Shown piece by piece: positions 1-10,800 of a DNA stretch of 64,000 nucleotides. The position numbers and the translations under genes are program-made. The DNA is taken from NCBI GenBank assembly GCA_963514005.1, contig OY740805.1, positions 23,932,001 to 23,996,000 of the forward strand, read 5' to 3'. Under the pieces are notes generated by a model, which did no database searches, was not told the DNA's origin, and saw only the letters and a program-made list of their open reading frames with translations. The stretch comes from Raja brachyura. Its lineage: Eukaryota. Every line of letters starts with the position of its first letter. The first letter of the stretch is position 1.

Positions 1-81
1 CACTGAGTTACTCCAGCTTTATGTGTCTACATTTAAATTACTTGTTGCTTTGGAAACTGCTCAACCTGTAATCGCAGACTG

Positions 82-100
82 TGGCCACTAGGGGGCTCTG
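82..100 (+). promoter_or_regulatory. CTCF-like binding motif TGGCCACTAGGGGGCTCTG
   Basis: Close match to the CTCF core consensus CCASYAGRKGGCRS (one mismatch) in non-repetitive sequence. Confidence 0.5.
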
Positions 101-3100
101 CAGTCTTCCATATTATCACTTGGCCAAACTTTTGAATATCTGCCAGGGAATGGGCCTGGAAATGATCTTTTCCCAAAGCTGGGGAAGTCATGCACATTTC
201 CAGCCCTCAGTCTGGTGATTCAGACTACTAATTCCAGGGCAAGTTCTCCAGCGATATGTACAACAGACCATTTACACGAATGGGAGAAATGTCTGCCTGC
301 AGAAAGGTAAGAAGAACTTTCCTTATAGTTTAATTGAATATATGTTTCAAATTATTTTGGTGTGCACATTCAGCCTTTCTAATTTCAGTGAAACTCAAAT
401 AATTCGGAAACCTTAGAAGTTTATTGGTGAATTCCCTATTATCGCAGGAATGAGAGGGTTAACATATGATGAGCGTTAGACAGGGCCTGGACTCACTGGA
501 GAGTGGAAGGATGAGGGGGGGACCTTATTGAAATTTACCAAATAGAGTGGATGTGGAGAGGATGTTTCCAGCATTCCAGTGGGAGAGTTGAGGACCAGAG
601 GCCACATAGCCTCAGAAGAAAAGGACTGACCTCTAGGAAGGAGATGAGGAGGAATTTATTTAGTCAGAGGATGGTGAATCTGTGGAATTCATCGCCACAT
701 TCATCGCTGTGAATGCTGTCGATTGATATTTTTAAGGCAGACATTGATAGATTCTTGATTAGTATGGGTGTCAGTGGTTATGGAGCGAAGGGCAGGAGAA
801 TGGTGTTGTGAGGGGAAGATAGATCAGCCATGATTGAATGGTGGAGTTTTTCTTTTTAATATGTTTGAGATATGTTTATGTCTGAGATCCTGGCTCCTGT
901 CCTAAACCAAAATCAGTGATGACACAAGAAACTGCAGCTGCTGGAATCTAGAACAAAACACAAACTGCTGGAGGAAGCCTACAGGTTAGGCAGCATCTGG
1001 GGAGAAAATTGACAGATGACGTTTCGAGTCAATGCCCTTCGTCAGCCGGATAGGAGAGAAAGCAAGAAATGAGATGTGGGGAAGGGAAAAAGTCAGGCAA
1101 GTGATTGGTGGATGTAATAGGTCGTTTAATAGGAACAGAATTAGGCCATTCGGCCCATCATATCTATTCCACTATTCAATCATGGCTGATCTATCTCTCC
1201 CTCCTAACCCCATTCTCCTACTTTCTCCCTATAACCCCTGACACCTGTACATGTCTTCTTACTGAGCCTACATCACAAGATTAGATATTGTCAGTTAGAG
1301 CTGAACACTCTTCACGGCATCTTTATTGTAGGCAGTGAGATCGGCAGCTGTGCATTGGTTTTCCAGTTGAGGCCATTTCAGCAGGTGTTCCATTGTTTGT
1401 GATTCAATACCACATTCGCAGGTGACATCGTTGGAGTTGTACCTGTACAGGTGAAGTGGGTAAAGTGGGTGGAGTAAGTAACAAAGGCCAGAGCTGAAAA
1501 GGGGACAAAATAATAAGGAGAAAAGAAGAGGAATGGCAACGTAAAGCCAGAGGGAAGGGTGTGGATCAATGGGGGCAGGGGGAAGAAAGAGAGAGGATAA
1601 AGGGGAAATAGGGGACGTGGATGGAAGATGAACGCATAAAGGAGTGGCAAGGAGCAGCATTATGGGGATGGGGTGGGAGAAATGGCTGTGCAAAGGGGGG
1701 GGGCGCACAGGAAAGAGAAGGGTTTGGGAAAGCATTACTTGAAATTAGAGAATTCAGCGTTCATATTATTTGTTTGTTAACTACGCAAGCGGAATACGAG
1801 GTGCTGTTCCTCGGATTTGCGTGTGGCCTCACTCTGGCAATGAAGGAAGCCAAAGACACAAAGTTCGGTTTGGAAATGGGAAGGGGAGTTAAAATGGCTG
1901 GCAACCAGGTGAACCAGCAGACCTTGGCAGACTGACACAAGTGTTCGGCAAAATAGTTACTTAGCCTTCTTTGGTTTAACTGATGTAAAGGAGGACATGT
2001 GGCCCTCACCCATGCTCCCATTGCACTCCTGCCATCGGGAAGAAGTTTTTCAGAGTCTGAAAACCGTGACCTCAAGGTTCAAGAGCAGCTTCATCCCAAC
2101 AACCATCAACCACTTGAACTCTACAAACACCAAATAAACTATGAGCTACAAACTCTCAGGTGCACTAAAGATTTCAGGATCTTCGCAATACTATTGGGGG
2201 TTTTTCAATTTTTAGAATTATTTTTGTTTATTATGTTATCTTTGATTACTGTTTACTGGCCTGTTACGCTGCTGCAAGTAAGGATTTCATTGTTCCATAT
2301 TATGTATATATGACTATTAAACACTTGTGACTCTTGAGAGTCGGGACCCCTCCACCTACATTCTCGACCCCCAGCCCACATCCAGCCAGATACCAGCTCT
2401 GCATTCTGAATAATTGGACGCAACATTATTGAGGTTTTATCATATTTAACTTTTTAATCAGTGTCAAATGATTTCCAATGTACACGAGTTTAAAAAAAGA
2501 CATGTGTAGGAAGGAACTGCAGATGCTGGTTTACACTGAAGATAGACATAAAATGCTGGAGTAACTCATCGGGACAGGCAGCATTCTGGAGAAAAGGAAT
2601 AAATAGATGACGTTTCAGGTTGAGACCCTTCTTCGGACTGAGAGTCAGGATAGAGGCAAACTAGTCCTCTATTCTCTCTCCCCCTGGCTCAATCTGAAGA
2701 AGGGTATGGACCCCGAAATGTCACCTATTCCTTTTCTCCAGAGATGCCACCTGACCCGTTGAGTTTAGTTTAGAGGTACAGCGTGGAAACAGGCCCTTAC
2801 AAAACGTACAAACTCTTTGTACAGAGAGCACCTGTAGTCAGGATCAAACCCGGGTCTCCGGCACTGCAATCGCTGCAAAGCAGTAACTCTACCGCTGCGC
2901 CAACCAAACGTTACGCCAACATTTTGTGTCCATTTTCCATGAAAAACTATGTAAAACGATGAAAAACGCAAGCCGTCAAGCAGGGCGGGGTCTGTCTCCC
3001 TGCTGCCAGTTGGGAGTCAGCCTCCTTTGCAATCTGCTGCTGCAGGAATCACCAGGATTCCACGCAAATGGACAGCACTCTCAACGCACAGTAGATCTCG

Positions 3101-4538
3101 ACGATAGCTGTTACACAGCACACTTTGGAACATGTGAAAGCCCCTTCAGAGACAGGGAGCAACAATCGAAAGCTTTGTCAAACTTGGCGGGGTGTAATAA
3201 ATGGTTGGGTGTTGGTGGGGTATTGGTGAAAGGTTTTATTGAAGATTGAGATCAGATTAAAAGGGTGAGAGGCAGCTGCTAGTAACCTATAGCAGTTGTA
3301 GAAGTGATAAGTCTATGGCATCTGGGGTCTGAGAGTATAGCTCCATTAACACTGAAGAAGCTTGATAGCATCCAAGGAATGTCACAAATTGTTCGGAGCA
3401 TGGTGACGCAGCAGTAGAGTTGCCACCTTACAGCGACCAAAAGTTACTCCAGTGGGTGCTTCTAAAGCGGAGATTGAAAGGGTCTTGATTAGTAAGGGCG
3501 TCAAAGGTTACGGGGAGAAGGTTGAGAGGGAAAAATAGATTGGCCATGATCGAATGGTGGAGCAGATTCAATTAACTGAATGGCTAAGTCTGCATCTATG
3601 TCTTATGGTCTAAGGAAATGACCGCGCTCTCTCTATGGACCAGTGATGTTGACAGGACAACAGCAACGAGTGTCTTATGCAAATATAATTGTGTTATATG
3701 TGGACCACCCAACAACATTAAATGGTACATCTGACTGGGATTTGACAGCACTTCAGGTTATTGTTGTAGATTTTGCGACAGTGAAGACAACTCTGATTCT
3801 ATAACTGCAGTTCATCTTCACATCTCCTCCTCTCCATCTCTATGATGCAATTCAGTTCAGCCTTCAGAAGGACTCGACCCAAAATGTCACCCATTACCTT
3901 CTCTCCAGAGATGCTGCCTGTCGCGCTGAGTTACTCCAACATTTTGTGTCTATCTTTGAGCAAATATCTACCGGGTTCTGCTCACATTTTAAACAACATG
4001 CCCCTCACTGGCAGTCTCCCATTGGGGATAGAGTTCTTCTTGAGTAGAAAGTGTTCTCATTCTGTATTCCCACTTTCAATGAGGCATTTCCAAATGCCCA
4101 GTAAAGCTTTCTCTGCTCTGTCACATCACATTGCCTTGTGGTCACAAATTTGGCAGCAATGGTCTAACACACACCACACCGGCAATGGAGTACTCCCAAT
4201 GCTTTTGCCAAATCGGGGAGTAGCAGGTCATCTCAAGCAGTCCTTGAAAGGGAATTAAGAACCAGTGGACTTCGGTTTAAAGTGAGAGGGGCAAGATTTA
4301 ATACAAACCTGTGGAAACCTTCCTCCCTCAGAGGGTGGTGGGTATGTGGAAATAGCTGCCGGAGTTTGGCCACTGGGCAGCACAGTGTCACAATGATAGA
4401 GTTGCTGCCTTGCAGCGCCAGATAAATACCCGAGTTTGATCCTGACTATGGGTGCTGTCTATAGGGAGTTAGTACATTCTCCCTGTGACCATGTGGATTT
4501 TCTCCCGGTGCTCCGGTTTTCACCCACACCCCAAAGAC

Positions 4539-5909
4539 CAGGCACGTGCCGTCAGGGTAGGCAAGGTAGGCACTGCCTACCCTGACTAAAATTATAACAT
4601 AGTAATAACTAAATATAAATAATAAAGGCATGGGAGAATTATGCCTATGTAAGAGATCGATCTCTTAGGTAGACATAATTCTCCATGCCTTTCATCCGCA
4701 GCGCTTGTAACACGGGAAGCTCTGTGCAGCCCACGTGCCGTCAGCGCTGCCTGAAGCTGTCAATGACAAGCGGGGCTGAAGGCAGCAGAAATTCTGCCTT
4801 TGCAGCACTGTGCAAAGTTTCTTGGCGGGGTTTTCAAATATGGATTGTCAATATTTTAAGTGTATGTTAGGTAACAAAGAGAGAAGAATGGAGTTTCTGT
4901 ACCAATAATGTGGTAAGTATATTTTGTGTTTATGTTTTTAAATACTGTATATCCCGGGGTGTGGGGGCGGGGGGAGAGCTCCTTTCACAGCGATGGGGAG
5001 TCTGGCCCGGGGTAAAGTTGCGGGGAGGTCACGAATGTTATGAATGAGGGGATTGGGATAATGCCACTTGCGACGCTCCTTGCACGGAGGCATGGAATGA
5101 CACCGCATTGAGGCCGGGGGGGGGGAGAGAGAGAGAAATAGCTCGGGTGGCTGAGCGGCCGCCGGGCAGGACAGCAGAACCAGCCGCCACCTTAGCTCCT
5201 TCTGCCGGTCCCCGCTCACCTCTGGCAGCTCTCCGTCTAAAAACCTCTCTCCTGCCGCTCGCTGGCCTCACTCGTGTCCTTAAATTCCGACAGCGCGATT
5301 GAGGTTACTCGGCTGTGGGAATTTAAGGATTTGCAGGAAGCCGCTGACATGAGCGAAGTCGGCGAACGGCAGGTGACAGGTTTTCCGATGGAGAGCACTG
5401 CCAAAGGTGAGCGGGCCGGCAGAAGGCGCTGAAGTGGCGGCCAGTTCAGCTGTCGGGTCCCGGTGGCCGCTCGTAGCTCCCCGAGCTGCTTCTATCCTCA
5501 GCTACAGTGCGCGGCTTCGCGCCCGGAGAGCTGCGGTAGCGGTGAGTGAGTGATTTATGGCAGTATCCCCGACACCCTTCTTCAAGGGTCTCGACCCGAA
5601 TCGTCGCCTATCTCCTTCGCTCCTTAGATGCTGCTGCACCCGCTGAGTTTCTCCAGCCTTTCGTGTACCCTCCTTCCCAACACTCATGCTCTCCCCGCAA
5701 CTTTACCCCTGGCACAGGCTCTCCACACGCTGTGAAATGAACTGTTCCCCCAATTGGTCTAGGACTAGGAAGGGCAAATTGAAATGTCACAGTTTTTATT
5801 TATTTATTTATTTATTTAACGGAGAGAACAATCTGCGCATGCGCGGTTTAACCTTTTCTAAAAGCGGACTGAGTGCCTACCCTGAGTAATTACTCACGGC
5901 ACGTGCCTG
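4539..5909. mobile_element. Non-autonomous hAT-type DNA transposon inserted in a SINE
   Basis: TIR CAGGCACGTGCCGT...ACGGCACGTGCCTG; 8-bp TSD CCAAAGAC (4531-4538 and 5910-5917); SINE sequence continues on both sides. Confidence 0.85.
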
Positions 5910-6342
5910 CCAAAGACGTACAGGTTTGTAGATTAATTGGCTTTTGTAAATTGACCGCAGTGTGTAGGTAGTGCTAGTGTATGGGGTGATCACTGGTCGG
6001 CGTGGGTTCAGTGGGACGAAGAGCCTGTTTTCACGCCCTGACTAAAATTGAGTAAAAGAGGTAGTTGAGACAAGTACCATTTCAGCATTGAAATGACACT
6101 TGGACAGGTAGATAAGTGGGAATGTATCTGAGGGGTAAGGGCCAAATGCAAGCAAATGGGACTAGTTCAGATGGAACATCTTGGCCTGTTACTGTGCTGT
6201 ATGACTCTATAAGATGAAAACCTCAAACTTCAAAATTAAATTCTGAGTGAAATGTAACACAAAGTTGAAACATTGCTAAAAGAGTTTGTTGCAAAGTTGC
6301 AGAAGACTCAGTAACCAGTCACTACACTGGAGGCAACACTAA

Positions 6343-7375
6343 GTAGGTATGTTACAAAACTTACCTTGAGCAGCGCTGCAGTTCTGCCGCTCCCCGTGTG
6401 CGTGACTTTGGCGCCTTTCAGAGGGGGGCAGGATTAAAGTGCCGTTTTTCTGCAGACTGGGAAAATCGATCCATGTCGGGCGATTTCATTACGGAAGAAA
6501 AATCGCTCCGACATTTCATTCATGAAGGTATTTTTAAATTACGCTAGATTATTTATTAACTAGAGTAATTTAAATATCACCTTCAAAAGCCGTGAGCGCC
6601 GACAATGGGAAGGATTTTGCGTAGGGGAGAAAAAAAGTACACAGTTTATTTTTATATTAAAAGTTGGTTTTTATGGAGGCTTTAATCATATTTTCATGTT
6701 GCAAAATGGGTTCCAAAAAAATGTATGAACCAACAGTATTTTTCCTCCCGACTTCACCGCCAACCGCAACGTTCCAATCCACCGCATTCCACTAAAACCC
6801 ACTCGCTAGTTGATTTAAATGGCCATTAATTTACAGGCATTAAACACTAAATTCCTTCCATTTGGCCCAGAAATTCATGAAAATTAGATTAAAAAATTAT
6901 GTTATATTGTGGATTATTGTGTGAATGCTATTTGGACACTTAGGCAATTTTAAAAAAGTTTATCTTTTCTTAAGAAATGGATAGATGTTTAGATCTACAC
7001 ATTGAATTTTGTAATTAGCTACAATTAGATAACTAACTAATTATATGCTTTAATTTCAGGTTATCCAAGTAAGATTGTTTCATATTTGTTTCAGAATGCT
7101 TCAATCTATAATAACTGAAAATTTCATTGAGTTCTCTTAATTGTTAAGAAAGTTATGGGCTTTTAACTGTTCTAGATCACAGCTTTTGAGTTAAGTCAAT
7201 TGAAAGGCAATGGGGAACAAGATGCTAATTTCCGAGTATGAAAATGGTCATAACTTTCTTAATACTGAAGATATGAAAGTGAATTTAGGTGTCAAATTAA
7301 ACTTTTTATGCTTTATCTAATGGGATAAATTGCAGACTTGATTTTTAAAATCTCAAAATTTTGTAACATTGCTAC
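6343..7375. mobile_element. Non-autonomous TIR DNA element with 5-bp TSD
   Basis: Imperfect TIR GTAGGTATGTTACAAAA / TTTTGTAACATTGCTAC; TSD ACTAA (6338-6342, 7376-7380). Confidence 0.7.
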
Positions 7376-7414
7376 ACTAAACTTGATGAATATGAAGGAA
7401 CTGCAAATGCTGGT

Positions 7415-7590
7415 TTAAACTGAAAATAGACACAAACAGCTGGAGTAACTCAGCGGGTCAGGCAACATCGCTGGAGAAAATGAATAGGCGACATTTGAGG
7501 TGGAGACCCTTCTTGATGAGGTATACAGCAACTCATCATTGTAACAGATAGAAGCTTCATCTAGTATTCGGGTTAGGACCGGAAGTTCAT
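7415..7590 (-). other. Probable exon 6 (3'UTR, or cytoplasmic-tail exon in the alternative frame); 3' end undefined
   Basis: Strong acceptor ctctcatttctcctttccag closing a 95-nt intron (7685-7591); runs into a short repeat near 7515. Confidence 0.55.
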
Positions 7591-7685
7591 CTGGAAAGGA
7601 GAAATGAGAGGAGATTGGATCAGAAATGAGAAGAGAGTTTGTCACATCATCGAGTCTTAGTGAAGGAGTTTGTGCACTCACTCAC

Positions 7686-7807
7686 CTGTTATCACACCTG
7701 GCCTCTCCTTATTGTTCATCTCTACAATGTTCCAACGATCATCACAAGCGTAGCCATGAGCACCAAAATGGAACTAGCTCCAAATGCCTTGTGCTGCCCA
7801 CCAACAC
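7686..7807 (-). CDS. MHC class I exon 5: [28 protein letters not shown] (stop 7724-7722) plus 36 nt of 3'UTR
   Basis: Acceptor gcttgctgggcag, donor CAG|GTGAGT; phase-1 continuation gives a linker and hydrophobic segment; unique sequence between repeats; size typical of a class I TM exon. Confidence 0.7.
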
Positions 7808-10800
7808 CTGCCCAGCAAGCAAATACAGTAGACATTAGGCAAAGTACATAGATCATAAGATCATAAGTGATAGGAGCAGAATTGGGCCATTTGGCCCATC
7901 ATGTCTACTCTGCCAAGGTTGCTCTATCTCTCCCTCCTAACCCAATTCTGCCTTCTCCCCATAACCTCTGAAACCTGTACTAATCAAGAATCTATATATC
8001 TGCCTTCAATATATCCACTGACAGCCTCCACAGCCTTCTGTGGCAAAACATTCCTCAGATTTGCCACCTTCTTTATATCTTAGGGTCATACAGCATGGAA
8101 AACAAGCACCTTGCCCTAACTCTTTGGTATAGTTAGTGTGGTTTATTGTCACGTGTACTGAGGTAAAGTGAAAACGCATCCTTGCCAACCATGCTGCCCC
8201 ATCTCAGCTAATCCTAATTGCCCATGTATCAGTCCAAGTATCATAAATGCTGTTATAGTACCTGCCTCAACTACCTCCTCTGGCATTTTGTTCTATATAC
8301 CCACCACCCTCAAAGTCCCTCAGCTTCCTATTACATCTTGTCCCTCTCACCTTAGACATATACCCTCTGGTTCTTGATTCCCCTATCCTGGATAAAATAC
8401 TGGGCATTCACCCTAAATATCCCCCTCGTGATTTATTCACCTCTATAAGATCACCACTCAGCCTCCTGTGCTCTAAGAAGTTATAGCTGTTCTCCCGATG
8501 CTCAAAATATACAGGTAAAAAGCTGGACTAACATCGTGGGCCAGGCAGCATCTCTGGAGAAAAGGAGTAAGTGATGCTTCGGGTCAAGACCCTAATTCAG
8601 ACCCTCCCCATGCTCAGTCTCTTGAGTCCTAGCAACATCCTTGTCTATTTTATCTGCACTATGTCTGATGAAGCCCAATGTACCAATAGCCTTCTTTACC
8701 GCCCTAAATACCTTTGATGCCACTGTCATGGAACTCTGTACCTGTAGTCCAAGATTTCTCTGCTCTATAATACACTTCAGGACCCTGCCAATGATGGCAC
8801 TGGAGGGGATGCAGGTGAAATTTACAGAGACCGTGTAAATTAGCCATGGAGTCATCCAGTACAGAAAAAGGCCTTTTGGCCCAATTAGTTCTTGCTGACC
8901 AAGATGACCCAGTTGCCCATGTCAGGAATATTTGAATAGGCTGTGGTTCTTAAGTTTATTTTTAGTTTAGAGATACAGCCATCTCCGCACATTAACGCTA
9001 TCCTACACATACACTGGAGGAAATTTACAATTTTACTTTGGAGTCACGTTAGTGCTGCTTACGAGTGCTGCTCCTCCAGCGTAAGTTTAAAATGGCCCGC
9101 AGGTAAGTACTTACCAGTCTGAGGTCATTTGTTGGCTCTGTGTGCTGTTGTTTTTCAGAGTGCACCATGGAGTCCAGAGAATTAATGTTGCTGCTGAGGA
9201 AGGAGGCAGCCAACAGCGTCTGAGTTCTCCTGAGCTGCAGGTTCAAACCGCAGCCCCCAACTTCACGCTGCTATAGGACACAGGTGCTCCTGGGACTGGC
9301 GGCAAAACCACCCGGAAGTCGGGCAGGTCCGCTGACTCGGCTGAGTCCGGACCGGAGGACACCCCGCTCGCGGGAAGCGATGGCGGTCGACTGTCCCGCA
9401 TAGAGCGGATGGTGGAGCTATTGCCGCAACGTGACCTACTGCAGCAGGGGCAGAGTCAAAGTGGGTCTCCTAGCAGACCCACGGCAGCATCCTTTTCAGG
9501 ACTGCCAAATGTCTCACCCTCTTCGCAGGGGAGCATTAGGAGTCAGAACTGGGCTGACTCTGAAGATGGGGGCATGGCTGAAGATACGACAATGCTAGGG
9601 GTGCCAGAAGAGGAGCTTTTGGGTATGGTCAATAAGTTTGCATTGCCTACTCAAAAAGGGCTGCCGTTACATCCTAAGTTGGCAGCCAGTATAAATGACA
9701 TGGCGACAAACCAACTACAAGAGCAAGCCATCAATGATACGGCAGCAAAGTACCTAGCTCCGGAGAATTGCATCTCCCTCAATGTGCCTGCAGTTAACAA
9801 CTCCATTTGGGGTAACATGAGCCCTGGGATAAGGAGCCAAGAAGTCAAACTCAAAAAGATCCTTAAACTGCTGGCTGCTGGGATTACGGCCATTGCCAGA
9901 ACAGTGGATGGAGTTGATATGCCGGAGGAGCTGCAGGACGCGCTAGCTCTCTTATGTAACACTCAATATGAGATCAACAGTTACAGGAAGAGCGTCATCC
10001 GGCCTGCACTCAATCCCAAGTTCGCGGGGTTGTGCAGACCCAGCAGTGCACAGCAGCCCATATTGCTATTTGGGGACAACCTGCCGAAACAGGTCAAAGA
10101 CCTCGACGAAGAGGTAAAAGCAATTGGCATGATTAAGGTGCCGGCTGCCACCGTCCCCATACCAGCGGCGGCAGCACCTCTATGCATCCACCAGCAGACA
10201 ACGCTACAGCGATAGACCACCTGCTGGTGAAAGCTCGAAGGCCGGACAACCTGCTCAACGGTCTTTTTTTAGACCATGGCCCAGCACGGTCTTCTTGGAA
10301 GATGTGCCAACCCCACACCACAGCGCCTCCACACCACAAGAAACAAGGATAGAGGCAACCAACGCAGCACCGCCGGTAACCATGGAGGTAGGTGGGTCTG
10401 GTTGCCTCATGAACATTGCATGTTTAGACTCCTCACGGGTTGGTGGACGGTTGCACTTGTTTCGGGATGCATGGAGCACTTTAACTTCTGATCCTTTCAT
10501 ACTGGAGAGTATTCAGGGATATAAAATTGAATTTGTTCACAAACTCCCTTCCCCTGTTCAACATACACCTAGTCGGAAGTTTGTACTTTCACAGAAACAA
10601 AAGACAGAAGGTCATGCTGAGAAAACCAAAAGAGGTCTCATGAGTTTGTATCGAACATTTTCACTAAAAATAAAAAAGATGGCGGATGCCGCATCATCAT
10701 AGATTTGACAGAACTGAATACTTTTGTGCAGTATGCCCATTTCAAAATGGCAACCTTTGTCATGGCCAAACAACTAATTTCCAATGGGTACTTCATGGCT

